Below are positions 31,101 through 40,107 of a stretch of 64,000 bases of DNA, in pieces. Source of the DNA: Ignavibacteria bacterium (GTDB taxonomy: Bacteria > Bacteroidota > Ignavibacteria > Kapaibacteriales > UBA2268); NCBI GenBank assembly GCA_016844745.1, contig JAERMQ010000001.1:29475-93474 (forward strand), given 5' to 3'. The position numbers and the translations under genes were made by a program. Every line of letters begins with the position of its first letter. Positions within the stretch are counted from its first letter, which is position 1. The notes under the pieces are model-generated. The model searched no databases. It had not been told where the DNA came from and was given only the letters and a program-made list of their open reading frames with translations.

Positions 31101-33503
31101 GTATATTGTCCTTATATGAGTTCACCGGTTTACGATGTAACTAATGCAAGATTTTTGCAGCAAGATACGGTTAATTTTGGAACAGTTATAACTAATAAAT
31201 ATGATTTCCAGGTATTTGTCGTTGAATCTAATCCAAGATTTTTCGAACCAACGGATGCAACTGAACCTGTTATAAGACGGCTTGATTACATGAATACAAG
31301 TAATGATACTTTGGTTGTTTACGAACCATCGGTTTATACCTGTAATCAAACGGACGATGGGAAATTAATCGCAAACTTAACCGACCAACTGCGATTCCAG
31401 GTTGATTTCAATACAGATGATGAATTGGAAGATGCATGGGCTGTAAACTGGGATTTCAGATTTGGAAAAACATCTTATGGTTACATGAACCTTGCACGTA
31501 AAGGTAGTGAGTTGATTGGTATCGATACTACAGTTTATGATGGTGTTGACGATTTCGGTTATAGCGATGGAATCGATAACGATACAATTATAACGCAAAC
31601 AAGACCAAGATGGATGTCAAATAAATGGCATTTCAGATATAATAAAGAAGACCAGGCAAGCAATGACGGAACATTATTGGTTGATTTCCAGACAAATGGA
31701 AAAATTAATATACGTATCCCGAAAGATTCTGCTATGGCGCTGTTAAAGCCAAGAAACCAGATAAACGCCGCAATGAATCTCGATACGGTATTCTCAGTTG
31801 TCGTATCCGATGGTCATGGTGGTGTGAATTCGAAGATATTACCGATATTTATTAATGTTAAACCGACAATTACAAATGGTGATTTACCAAATGCCAAGGA
31901 AGATTTCGAATATACGTTGAATGGTAATGCAGGCAATCAACAAATGATTGATACATCTAAAATGGTTAAGGTATTCGACCCCAATCCAGGTCAGAAACAT
32001 ACTTTCAGATTGATTTATCCGAATGATACCAATATAACAACCGTACCTAAAGACCCGTGCTATCCCGAAGCAGGAGTTTGGGATCTTACCACAATGAGAA
32101 CAACACCGGAATGGATTCATATTAATCCTCAGAGTGGATTGTTATATGGCAAACCCGGAGTAAAAGATGCTCCACGTACAGATCTGGTTACGGTTCTCGT
32201 TACGGATGAAGGCGGATTAACCGATGTAAGACAATTAAATATAACAGTTGATTCAACAAATCACAGACCGGCAATGTTTAATGAACCGCTTATGAAATGC
32301 GTTGTTAAAGGCGCTCCATATTCGGAAACAATGTGGGTTCGCGACCTTGATTTACTGCGTGGCAGACAACCCGGTGACCCGACAGAAACAATTACAATAA
32401 CAGTATCAAAACCGACATCAGGATTCTCGGTAACACCATCAACAATTTCCGGCATATTTACCGGAACACCCGATAACGGAGTCTATCAACGTTCTGATTA
32501 TTCGAGGTCGTTCACAATCCAAAGCACAAGCTTTAATCCACCTGCAGATATGGATGGAAAAGCAACAATTGAAATAACAGTTACCGATAAATCAGGCGCA
32601 ACTCATGTTATATCATACAGGGTATCGATTTCCGAAACAGTTGATTTTGAATGTCAGTTATTAGTTGCAAATTCAATTGGAGCAAGCCAGATGTTATCAT
32701 TCGGTACAGCCCCAAGATATGCATCGAGCGGTGATGGTACAGATACTGATTACCCGGTAGCAGGTCATTTGGATGAAGAATATTGCGAAACCGAATGTCC
32801 ACCCGTTCCACCGGTTGACGTATTCGATGCACGCTGGACAATACCTACAAAGAATGGTATCCTGAGAAACATCTTCAAGACTGGTAAAGTAGGCGATACA
32901 ACAGAACGCAGATATGTTGGTAAGATTCAACCGGGAGGAGAAAACGGTACAACATCTCCGGCATATCCGTTAACACTTACATGGAATAAAACGGAAGTAC
33001 CTGCAAGAAGTGATAGAACTAAGAATCCAAGCGGAGCTTCATGGTTCATCAGGGATGCAGCTTCGAACGGTTCATGGTTCAATGTAAATATGAACACTGG
33101 TTTGGGTAACTGGGTAAAACCAATACAGGTAAATAATAATGGTAATAACTGCGAAATCGTAATTGCACCAAATACAATTTGGGAATTTGTTATTGTTCAT
33201 GATTGGGCAAGTGATGTTGAAACGAACGGGGCAATTTTGGGTAATAAGATTACTTCGGTTGCGCCAAATCCGGTAAACAACTCAGCACAGATTAGTTTTG
33301 AATTATCAGCAGCTAATAAGATAAAAATCGATATAGTCGATGCACTTGGTAATATCGTAAAAACCATGGTAAACAACGTTGAATATACAGCTAACCAATA
33401 TACAATCCAATGGAATCAAGTAGAACTTCCTGTTGGAGCATATATGGTAAGACTGATATCAGGCGGAGTAGTTTCGGCATACCCGATAGTTATCATTAAA
33501 TAA
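25122..33503 (+). CDS. 2793-aa T9SS cargo: GGA(I/V)-repeat beta-helix, inserted YCF48/BNR-type propeller, He_PIG/cadherin-like Ig domains, CTD
   Basis: It has a signal peptide and many N.A..GGAI repeats. KTTDGG.SW blades lie at about 27870-28740, and PEWIHINPQSGLLYGKPG...VTDEGG marks an Ig-like domain. The C-terminus is APNPV...LPVGAYMVRL...PIVIIK. Confidence 0.85.
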   Translation: MNRLIRLSLLICLFAVFSIEAIAQTPNLVRVSGRISPGEVRVFVKDSIYEINNQYIVGGTLIIEPGTLIYFNPNSRIVDSTGGRIIADGRAQTTYTPNPGTWDPLGTAYSTSNPKGFAGYADLRYFLCNYVPGGLPTGPTTVTANTPRDVTVHPSKYNYIYNVVLDTSIINPLSTDTTYKNRYRRIVDLDIGKEPLPDVPGVPASGQVIVPFEYAILFVTSRLQSDPYDDVNLNISSWKRVGGYPVDVSPAQIKFVARDVGNYSQEWGHIIVLPGARAAFFRNCSFEGFRKDTTVDRVAIYSANLGGTAGDGTLMNNTLRKLTNGSGGAITTFSSRTWLINCSFTNNFARFRGGAIQLLQAPDGYPMTGNTPVTNPTNGGNYFANKNPNITDRDGSTSDVIEFNGVPRIDEIDEALGTIAPSCSWSRYEYLNDYERQAFDDARIALYLGRMRNLTFTNNKVMLSNFGLIPPMSLPRDITDRPANYPQEYGNGAFGGAIYISGKAGAPSTSQIEVGFGINNSIMIGGGESTFTTPDNFVLSGNKAINYQNSTQSSGARGGGIYVGSMTSLILAGNYNTNTTSVPFIEQANLGPATGGYSRGGAIYEAETYGRIQVRGGPARDLISNPTQFVGNKSADGGAMYVEGNMTKVPYNTLGSPFFYASPIIGGSDVNPVTRDFGFNIKFENNTASASGGAIYTNRNMAMNGAGGVVADQLIGYGGLYPIRFLNNTAGYGGGAIEINIKSSQGATITDDRRAVKIIRSVFEGNQVGYTADSAYFASVKGGGAVNCVNADLNIVKGAQFLTNKVKNGNGGAVAIVSPWSSARRFIVSDLDTINTSLNKMSPDLNTDMTVGTSFISNNKCFTFDTSGMWNNRYYPPDLGMLTRFVQNVCETDQSMRDSLNGTGTTQVGLGTLNPNDNLNATYWIDDNTGYAGGQNGRVIKLTSGASNWAFNQIDPLATVNDIKFPTDNSGYAVGTSGFFYKTTNAGTSWNPVTLLPPSPGNLNAVTFIGSQIGYVVTSTGGIYKTTDGWSSVCSTLVNPAPGIPLYNVYFISSSIGFVCGDNGLIMKTTDGGGTWGITGVPGITNSLNNIFFINTNTGNIVGSGGVVLRTSDGGNSWDQMVSNTTYDLVGVSFTNQSNGYAVGNFGTAIKTTNGGVEWNSVTFTTKNNLKDIYFSSSNVGFIVGDKGLLMKTTDAGASWTTRRPADERLVDVKRYHPEARLPENGIGLGGAVYVLDSITVNRVNRQDSIFFNRVRMQNNIAFTGAAVYSDNFDLKLIFNRSLITGNSIDPSNQIGATQNVVVGPVIKDGNNTYNQASKDLTGAIIYGEIQGPLPSNLFSEAANSIYDNTARFLIRLPDAPNTKGVLAGTTGYGFGGTDTLRGNYWGKTESNVNMYITNQQNNKVVQETFFVSGDNTSWLPFSYQANPADPRTQGPFESLLKFTYQPVPLKNVATDENVADPASIPEKILQSGRIYDLYDKGTDVKTADYSKRRMSPIEDFAVGIPPYMRLFNTARQPSFNKYVRRLIHDPAVAEKRDNNNVLVYPFISLLQDEWKPDPSGNLYHPLGEPLYLESIVNYDGLVERSNHDNLTKNETVFFVINESTDDYMRINLQQVSEDAPFREVFRGRVELVPDSTLRNPQTSYRRSAEGLSNLGDGNEFLQNVGTRPFAPYKEDKGTLPGRRYSTPWNAAGNNPLAYSNRNSAGQGSNGRNIGDPAFIPYMPATNVNPLGTNLETYYAGERYHSLPVNVGDQIRVVSRTVLWRDGALTAYNESMVFKVSASTQPPVFTGNVVSLQKDTVIKTMPSDKPWEFIKIVKMTDFLNKIFITEDREYPVQLGTYSNLPTAGGKGRDSIMTVTAVDSNNFYDPRSVTEFSPKLYSALTYRWSVDGNSGLYRWLLCDTVKAGYTEDFAGNTIQNPRNGAKGYLQFHGRSINPYIVPGGEWVHVEVDNYPLHYRMLDSMLAHNKRVNDKISPYDSAKVIPQDVIDKFIEVYCPYMSSPVYDVTNARFLQQDTVNFGTVITNKYDFQVFVVESNPRFFEPTDATEPVIRRLDYMNTSNDTLVVYEPSVYTCNQTDDGKLIANLTDQLRFQVDFNTDDELEDAWAVNWDFRFGKTSYGYMNLARKGSELIGIDTTVYDGVDDFGYSDGIDNDTIITQTRPRWMSNKWHFRYNKEDQASNDGTLLVDFQTNGKINIRIPKDSAMALLKPRNQINAAMNLDTVFSVVVSDGHGGVNSKILPIFINVKPTITNGDLPNAKEDFEYTLNGNAGNQQMIDTSKMVKVFDPNPGQKHTFRLIYPNDTNITTVPKDPCYPEAGVWDLTTMRTTPEWIHINPQSGLLYGKPGVKDAPRTDLVTVLVTDEGGLTDVRQLNITVDSTNHRPAMFNEPLMKCVVKGAPYSETMWVRDLDLLRGRQPGDPTETITITVSKPTSGFSVTPSTISGIFTGTPDNGVYQRSDYSRSFTIQSTSFNPPADMDGKATIEITVTDKSGATHVISYRVSISETVDFECQLLVANSIGASQMLSFGTAPRYASSGDGTDTDYPVAGHLDEEYCETECPPVPPVDVFDARWTIPTKNGILRNIFKTGKVGDTTERRYVGKIQPGGENGTTSPAYPLTLTWNKTEVPARSDRTKNPSGASWFIRDAASNGSWFNVNMNTGLGNWVKPIQVNNNGNNCEIVIAPNTIWEFVIVHDWASDVETNGAILGNKITSVAPNPVNNSAQISFELSAANKIKIDIVDALGNIVKTMVNNVEYTANQYTIQWNQVELPVGAYMVRLISGGVVSAYPIVIIK

Positions 33504-33514
33504 TATTCGCAAAC

Positions 33515-33547
33515 TCGGCTCTGCCCCTTTAACAAGGGCAGAGTCGA
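33515..33547 (+). promoter_or_regulatory. Intergenic GC-rich stem-loop without U-tract
   Basis: TCGGCTCTGCCC-ctttaacaa-GGGCAGAGTCGA lies just after the 2793-aa stop. Confidence 0.7.
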
Positions 33548-33591
33548 ATTAACAAGAAGAAAAAATTTATTATAAATCGAAGGAGAAAAAA

Positions 33592-35589
33592 ATGAAACAA
33601 AAATTCTTATTAGCTGCGAGTATGGCAATTCTGCTTTTCGCCAGCTTGCAGCCCTTAGGCGCGCAGGTGTACAGCCAGTTTAAGGATTTGGTAATTAAAA
33701 AGAATGTGCCATATTCCGAGGTTGTAGCCAATAGAAGTGACTATGCCAGAAGTTCGTTTACTATCTGGGGGCAAACGCGTCCCGACCAAGGTTATGATGA
33801 TGGTTATAAGTATGTTCAATTTCCAGCTAATTTTAAATTTGAATATAACAGTGAAGTTTATGATGGTTGCTGGATTTCAGTAAACGGATTCATTACCTTT
33901 ACAGAACCGCCGAAATTAGCAGTATCATCGCGTGATGCTACGATTCTTTTCAAGAAAGCGCCAAACTTCCCGATAAATGTAATTGCTCCTTTCTGGGGCG
34001 ACCACTACTATAGAAGCAGTGCACAAGAGCCTGGTTATGTTTCATCAGCAGTCAGGACCGGTTGGGAAACAGTAGCAAATAATAAAAGAGTATTTATTAT
34101 TGAATGGAAGAATTTGAATATAAATGATAAATCTATTCCATCATCTGTTGCTACATTCCAGGTAAGAATATATGAATCAACCAGCCCCAATTCATATCAG
34201 GGCGATATTGAATTCTGCTATGGAAATATTAACAGTACACAGGGTTCAACTAACGTTGTAAAAGGTTCGTCAGTCGGATTGAATGGCGAATTCTACGGTG
34301 GACGTTCGAAAAATGGTATTGATGACAGGGTAGATTTTATCAACGCTTTATATAATGATAATGCAGTATGTGGTCTCGGAATTGACCCATACAAGAGAAG
34401 AACAGAAGAAAATTTGACAACAATGTGGACACCATCGGGTTATAACGATTGGAGAATCCGCTTCGTAGTCGAACCCCAATTGAACGTAGAAGAATGGTGG
34501 GGCGATGGTGATGCAGGCATGTCTAAAGCGCCGGGAGGTTCGGATTACGCAGATCCGGGTCCTGCTCCATGGTTCCAAAATCGCTGGGTTTCCGTAAATG
34601 ATGCAAGAACGATTATCCGTTCCATAGCAAGAAACCGACCTCTCGATAGTATCCGCAGAAGGGCAGCTTTCCATGGTGATGCAAATCATAACGGTAGATT
34701 CTACTTTAAAGATACATCATGGGTTGTTCCCTTAACATTAGTTATTAAAGACTCAACTATGAAACGCCTTATCAGAAACCAGGATGAAGTTTATACCGAC
34801 AATCTGAGAGACCCGTTAACATGGGCAACTATTCCCAGCGCTAAAGCAGTGTACTTTGCAGTTACTGAAGCTGATGCTTCATTAATTCTGCATTACTTAG
34901 CAGCTCGCGTTCCCAAGCTTCCCTGGTTAATTGATACTATTGTCAGGTCAGGAAAAGTAACGCCAACAGAGCAGTTGTCATCAAATATTCAAATTGGTGA
35001 TATTAGGACTGTTGCTGAAAATACCTACCTGATTCCAATAGCATTCAATGGATATAGCGAAGGAACCGTTTCCGGTAAATTCAATATTAATGGCGAAATC
35101 GTTAACATATTTAATAATGCCAGCGATGACATAATGATTGATAATAACAATTCAACATTCGTTTTTGCAGGCAGTGGAAAATTCGAATCCGGATTTCCCT
35201 TCATTAATTTAATTGTGAAAACCGATTCTAAGGACATTAATATTACCGATTTAAGATTCAACGATAATGAAAAGAATCCTATTAATATTCATTTGACTGA
35301 AGAGCAGGTAAATACAAATTCCATACTATATAATGATGATAATCCGGTAACAAAAAACACGCAAATATTTGCGAATATTAAAGATGCCGGTAATTACACA
35401 ATTACAGTCATTGATTTGTTCGGCAATAAAATTAAAACCATTACAAATGGAAATTTAAACGCCGGATTTAATCAATTTGAATGGAATTTAACCGACCAAA
35501 ATGGTTCTTCGGTTCCAAATGGTGTTTACTTCTATATACTTAATGGTGAAAATCTAACGATTATGAATAAAATGGTTGTAGCAAGATAA
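33592..35589 (+). CDS. 665-aa secreted protein: nidogen-like N-terminus, divergent dockerin-like module, FlgD-Ig/T9SS CTD
   Basis: The nidogen-like segment reads ISVNGFITF...IAPFWGD...FIIEW...TFQVRIY. The dockerin-like segment reads GDGDA...SVNDARTII / GDANHNG...TEADASLILHYL. The C-terminus is WNLTDQNGSSVPNGVYFY...KMVVAR. Confidence 0.8.
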   Translation: MKQKFLLAASMAILLFASLQPLGAQVYSQFKDLVIKKNVPYSEVVANRSDYARSSFTIWGQTRPDQGYDDGYKYVQFPANFKFEYNSEVYDGCWISVNGFITFTEPPKLAVSSRDATILFKKAPNFPINVIAPFWGDHYYRSSAQEPGYVSSAVRTGWETVANNKRVFIIEWKNLNINDKSIPSSVATFQVRIYESTSPNSYQGDIEFCYGNINSTQGSTNVVKGSSVGLNGEFYGGRSKNGIDDRVDFINALYNDNAVCGLGIDPYKRRTEENLTTMWTPSGYNDWRIRFVVEPQLNVEEWWGDGDAGMSKAPGGSDYADPGPAPWFQNRWVSVNDARTIIRSIARNRPLDSIRRRAAFHGDANHNGRFYFKDTSWVVPLTLVIKDSTMKRLIRNQDEVYTDNLRDPLTWATIPSAKAVYFAVTEADASLILHYLAARVPKLPWLIDTIVRSGKVTPTEQLSSNIQIGDIRTVAENTYLIPIAFNGYSEGTVSGKFNINGEIVNIFNNASDDIMIDNNNSTFVFAGSGKFESGFPFINLIVKTDSKDINITDLRFNDNEKNPINIHLTEEQVNTNSILYNDDNPVTKNTQIFANIKDAGNYTITVIDLFGNKIKTITNGNLNAGFNQFEWNLTDQNGSSVPNGVYFYILNGENLTIMNKMVVAR

Positions 35590-35591
35590 TA

Positions 35592-36809
35592 ATGAAATTT
35601 CCTAAAAAACATATTGCATGCGCCTGGTTGCTGCTAAGCTTGCTTAGCGGCTACCAGCCTGCATTGTCCCAGGAATTGGAATCTGCTACTTTATCCCTTG
35701 CAAAACCAATCGATGTATGCGGTGATAAAATTGACAGGGAAGTTCAATTGCTTGTAAATATAGGATTAATAAAGAAATCGGATTCTTTATTTGGTTTTGA
35801 TTTGGAAATTAAATTTGACAGGAACAAAATCAAGTTCAATTCAGCCCTGTTGATAGGTACTTTAGCAGATAATTTCGATACCAAGGTTAATCCTACATTT
35901 TCTGTTGATTTGCAAGGTAACGGTGTTATTTCTGCTGCAGGTATGAATTTTAATTATAATTTACCACCTGTTTACGGAAATAAACCATTAATAGCGTTTC
36001 TTGGTGAATATTTAGGCAATTGTCCTGAAACTTTGGAAATTAAACTTACAGATATTCAATTTACCGATGAATTTAAGAAAACATTTAGTCGTAATTCTGT
36101 TAATACAATAAAAGCTGAAATATATGATAATCCTCAGCGGTATTTACGGTTTATTTTGCCAACAAATAAAATTATATTCGATACATTTGAAATAAAGACT
36201 TCAATTTCATTGAAAATCAATAAAGTTCAAGGTTTGGACAGTCTCGAATTTCTGATTGCGTTCGATAATCCAACTAATTACTTTGTATCAGATATAAAGT
36301 CAAAAAATAACAATGTTATTATTGATTCGGTATTGGATGATGCAAAGGGCAAAAGACTGAAAACAAGAATTCTCCAACCGGTAAATAATGAAGATATATT
36401 TGAAGTGGAATTTACAAGAAAAATTGATAAAGATGAAAATATTAAAATACATTTTACTCCATTAAAAGTTAACGGTTGTGCTTGTGCCACAAGATTGCTC
36501 GATACAACGATTTTATTGTTAAACACAAAAAATCCTGTAACATCAATTAACAATGATGAAATTATTAATAATAATTACATAGGTTATGTTTCATCCGATA
36601 ATAAATATTTTATTGTTGAAACAAGTAACAGCCTACCGCAAAATTTAATATTATATAATATGCAGGGAAATGAAATTAATACTGAAATTACAATTAATAA
36701 TAAAAGCATAATTGTTAATCTTGACAATATTTCTAACGGTTTATATTTAGCCGTTATAAGAAATAAAAAGAACGAAATAAGAATAATAAAGTTTATAAAA
36801 AATCAATAA
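35592..36809 (+). CDS. 405-aa T9SS cargo with cohesin-like N-terminal domain
   Basis: It has a signal peptide, a cohesin-like segment LLVNIG...LFGFDLEIKFDRNKIKF and a CTD (LYNMQG...ISNGLYLA...IKFIKN). Confidence 0.7.
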   Translation: MKFPKKHIACAWLLLSLLSGYQPALSQELESATLSLAKPIDVCGDKIDREVQLLVNIGLIKKSDSLFGFDLEIKFDRNKIKFNSALLIGTLADNFDTKVNPTFSVDLQGNGVISAAGMNFNYNLPPVYGNKPLIAFLGEYLGNCPETLEIKLTDIQFTDEFKKTFSRNSVNTIKAEIYDNPQRYLRFILPTNKIIFDTFEIKTSISLKINKVQGLDSLEFLIAFDNPTNYFVSDIKSKNNNVIIDSVLDDAKGKRLKTRILQPVNNEDIFEVEFTRKIDKDENIKIHFTPLKVNGCACATRLLDTTILLLNTKNPVTSINNDEIINNNYIGYVSSDNKYFIVETSNSLPQNLILYNMQGNEINTEITINNKSIIVNLDNISNGLYLAVIRNKKNEIRIIKFIKNQ

Positions 36810-36832
36810 TTTTTAACAAATTGGAGGTTCTC

Positions 36833-39800
36833 ATGAAGAGATACTTTTTACAAAACAAGGTAATTCGATTGCTATTCGGATTGTTGCTTTTATCGGCAAT
36901 ATTCCTGGTAGAAATCGAAACAACCAATGCTCAGCAATTACCGCAAGTTCCTGTGTTGAGTTTAACCGGTGAAAATGACACCTACAACAAAGAAATCTAC
37001 CCGGATGGAAGAATTTGGCTGCCGGCATCTATAAATGGTCCGAGGGAATTCCTCCTGCCTGTATATGTCGAGAACAGATGGTACACATACAATGAAGCCA
37101 GCTTGATTGCCAATCCAATCTATAGTTTCGAGTTTAGTGTTGTATATGACTCAACAGCTATCAGAGCAACAGGAGTGCAGCCATTCGGCGATGCAAGGCT
37201 TGATCATACTCCCTTAGCCAGCAATTTCTCAATGGCATGGTATGATGAAAGGGATTTAACTTACAAAGAATACCTCGACCCCGGAACTACACAGGCTGAA
37301 AACGAAAAGGGCAGAGCTATTAGAATAGTCGGTACTGCAACATCAAACGCATTACCAAATACCGACCTAAGTGCCCAGGATTTTAAAGTACTGCTTTATG
37401 TTAAATTCAGGATAGTTGCAACAGGAGTTGGCGCCGGTTTGTTTACTCCTATTTATATTTCACCTAAATTAATAAAATATAATGATTGCAACATCCGGAC
37501 AACTCATCCGTTCGAAAAATCCACTGTCGGTCCATATTATGGTCTAGGCAAAATCGTTGACCCCGGAGCGAATATAATTTATTACTCAACCAATCCTTAT
37601 ATCGGTATGGGTGGTATTGATAATTCAACAAGGTCGAGATATGCTACCGAGCCGACATTACCAGGTTCTATTTATTTAAGATTTGAAACAACCTTACCTC
37701 AATTTGAATTTGTTATTAACAGAGGTAAAGGTCAAATTCCGGCTGTAAAAAAGATACCAACTGCGCCGGAATATGAAATTTGGGAGATTTCAGACCCCAT
37801 AACAGTAGATTCAGGCTCTGTAACACCACTATGGGGTTCACGAGTTGTCCAATTAAGGAATTCCGTTTCTCGTTCACGTTTGACTGATATTGAAATTGAA
37901 TCCGACCAGCCTTGGTTATGGTTCAGAACAAGGTCTTACGGAACAGGTACAAAAAATCCGATACCGACTTCAACTCGAGCTGATTATATTAATTATATCG
38001 ATAATGGAATATTAGGCGATTATCAAGACCCGATGGATATACCAACCGTGGCTGATGGTGATGTCTTCTTAGAGGTGCAATGCAATCCGACATATTTAGA
38101 CAATGCAACAGAATATGAGCATGCAGGTATTTATGTAGGATACCTTACATTCAAATCCGATGCGGCTGCAATCACCCCGGTTAAATTAAAGGTAACATTC
38201 ATTTATTTCCGCAATCCCCGGGAAGGCGCTATCGGAGGAAGATTACCAGGTATTGAACTGACAGTTATGAATTCCGCACCTGTTCCCGATGTAACAACTT
38301 TAGTATTTGGAACCGGCTTTAAGGCAAGTAATGGAGTAGATTCTTTATTTGGCGAATATGCTTATGATTCTCCTTTGCAAAACTTCGGTGCACGCTGGTA
38401 CTGGCACTCATCGATGAATCCTAAAGAAGTTCAGGCTGACCACAAGGTATATCTTGAACAAAATGGATTTGGTGACTTTTCATCGAGTGAAGACGTTCCT
38501 CATTCTTCATCGAGGGATATCCGCAGCAATATGGATACTTTAAAATCCTTAATTTACTATTGTAAATTTAATGCAGGCGGTCCGGATAAATACCCAGTTG
38601 TATTAGAATGGGATGTTACCGACTTTATTATTATGGAAAAACAAATCCAAATAGAAGGCGGAAAATTTACTATTAAGGATGCAGTTAACGGAGGTCTCTT
38701 CCATGTTGATATGCGTAATGCAAATCCTAAAGGTCCGAATAAAATGACTTATACTATCGAAGATGCTAAATATTCCGAATTCATCATTGAATATACTCTT
38801 CCTAACATAATCAAATTTGTTGACGGTTACGGTAATCCAATTATTAAAAGCGGCTGGAATTTATTGTCATTACCAAGAGCCCCTGTGAACACAAATTGGA
38901 AAGCAATTTATAAAAATGCTATCAATATTCCGGTAACTTTTGCCAAACTCTGGCAACAAGCGCCGGTATTGACGCCAGGTGTTGGATATTGGGTAAGATA
39001 CCCGGATAATATAGTCGATGTATCCTTCTCCGGCGCTTATATTGACCAAATTAATGCCGTTGTTTATCCAACTTTGCTTTATACCGGTTGGAATACCGTT
39101 GGTTCCTGCTCCGGTCCTGTAAACGTGAAAGATATTGACCTTATTCCTTTCAATTCTTCAGACCCACCCGATATTAACGAAACTAAGAAAAAAGGTGTTT
39201 TCAGATATGTTACCGGTATTGGTTATAAAGAAGTATCTGAAATGTCACCCGGTTTAGGTTACTGGATGTATGTTAATAAGGGCGGTTATTTGAAAATGGA
39301 AGTTGATTTATCTAATATCGGTAATTCAAAAATGAATGCCCAGGTTGAAGATAATTATACAAAAACTAACATTTTCACAAACAGCACACAATTAACTGTT
39401 CGTGATAATTCAAGCAATGAAGGCACTGTTTATTTGACAACAAATAACAATGTTAATGTTAATGCATTTGAATTACCTCCGCCTCCACCTTTCGATTTGT
39501 TTGACATTCGTTTCAATAATAATATTGGTACCAGCCTTGACAATTCATCTGAACCGTTATTAAAACTTCAGGGCGTAACCTATCCTGTTTCTCTTGCGAT
39601 TGAGAAAGCTGATGCGAAATATACTTTTGTTGATGCAGTATCAGGACAGGTTTTCGGTTCAGTCAACAAAGGCGAAACAGGTAATATCGAAATAGGTTCA
39701 ACAAAATCCAATACAATCAAAATTTTGAAAACGGAAATTTCTACAGATTTGCAAATTTCCTGTAAACCAAATCCGATTGTAACTGAAAGTAACTTAAGCT

Positions 39801-40006
39801 ACAGTATTCCGGTAAGCGGCAATGTAACTATTACATTATATGATGCTCTCGGAATACAAGTATCAACATTATTAAATGATTATAGAAGAGCAGGCGAATA
39901 TAATGATATTAAAGTCAGCTCTGCCAATTTAACAGCCGGTCAATATTTCTGCAAAATAGTATCCGGCGGTAATACAGTAATAAGCACTTTGAATATTATC
40001 AGGTAA
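36833..40006 (+). CDS. About 1057-aa T9SS cargo: cohesin-like N-terminus, BACON-like domain, GWN..PG.GYW repeats, CTD
   Basis: A GGAGG SD precedes the ATG at 36833. Motifs include LPVYVEN...IYSFEFSVVYDSTAIRATGV, SDQPWL...GIYVGYLTF and GWNLLSLP/PGVGYWV/GWNTVG/PGLGYWM. The C-terminus is KPNPI...LTAGQYFC...LNIIR. Confidence 0.8.
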   Translation: MKRYFLQNKVIRLLFGLLLLSAIFLVEIETTNAQQLPQVPVLSLTGENDTYNKEIYPDGRIWLPASINGPREFLLPVYVENRWYTYNEASLIANPIYSFEFSVVYDSTAIRATGVQPFGDARLDHTPLASNFSMAWYDERDLTYKEYLDPGTTQAENEKGRAIRIVGTATSNALPNTDLSAQDFKVLLYVKFRIVATGVGAGLFTPIYISPKLIKYNDCNIRTTHPFEKSTVGPYYGLGKIVDPGANIIYYSTNPYIGMGGIDNSTRSRYATEPTLPGSIYLRFETTLPQFEFVINRGKGQIPAVKKIPTAPEYEIWEISDPITVDSGSVTPLWGSRVVQLRNSVSRSRLTDIEIESDQPWLWFRTRSYGTGTKNPIPTSTRADYINYIDNGILGDYQDPMDIPTVADGDVFLEVQCNPTYLDNATEYEHAGIYVGYLTFKSDAAAITPVKLKVTFIYFRNPREGAIGGRLPGIELTVMNSAPVPDVTTLVFGTGFKASNGVDSLFGEYAYDSPLQNFGARWYWHSSMNPKEVQADHKVYLEQNGFGDFSSSEDVPHSSSRDIRSNMDTLKSLIYYCKFNAGGPDKYPVVLEWDVTDFIIMEKQIQIEGGKFTIKDAVNGGLFHVDMRNANPKGPNKMTYTIEDAKYSEFIIEYTLPNIIKFVDGYGNPIIKSGWNLLSLPRAPVNTNWKAIYKNAINIPVTFAKLWQQAPVLTPGVGYWVRYPDNIVDVSFSGAYIDQINAVVYPTLLYTGWNTVGSCSGPVNVKDIDLIPFNSSDPPDINETKKKGVFRYVTGIGYKEVSEMSPGLGYWMYVNKGGYLKMEVDLSNIGNSKMNAQVEDNYTKTNIFTNSTQLTVRDNSSNEGTVYLTTNNNVNVNAFELPPPPPFDLFDIRFNNNIGTSLDNSSEPLLKLQGVTYPVSLAIEKADAKYTFVDAVSGQVFGSVNKGETGNIEIGSTKSNTIKILKTEISTDLQISCKPNPIVTESNLSYSIPVSGNVTITLYDALGIQVSTLLNDYRRAGEYNDIKVSSANLTAGQYFCKIVSGGNTVISTLNIIR

Positions 40007-40038
40007 TATTCAACTGCTCGTTAACGACTGAAAAGAAT

Positions 40039-40086
40039 AAACGGGTAACATATACCAACAAAAGGTAGTGTTGCCCGTTTTATTTC
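40039..40086 (+). terminator. Stem-loop, possible weak terminator
   Basis: AAACGGGTAACA...TGTTGCCCGTTT is followed by TATTT. Confidence 0.55.
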
Positions 40087-40107
40087 CTCAAGAAAAAAAA
40101 TTAGAGA

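Noticed and set aside
2292-40006. Numerous 60-110 aa antisense or alternate-frame ORFs inside the large genes
   Set aside because: They are shadow ORFs with no motifs or ribosome-binding sites.
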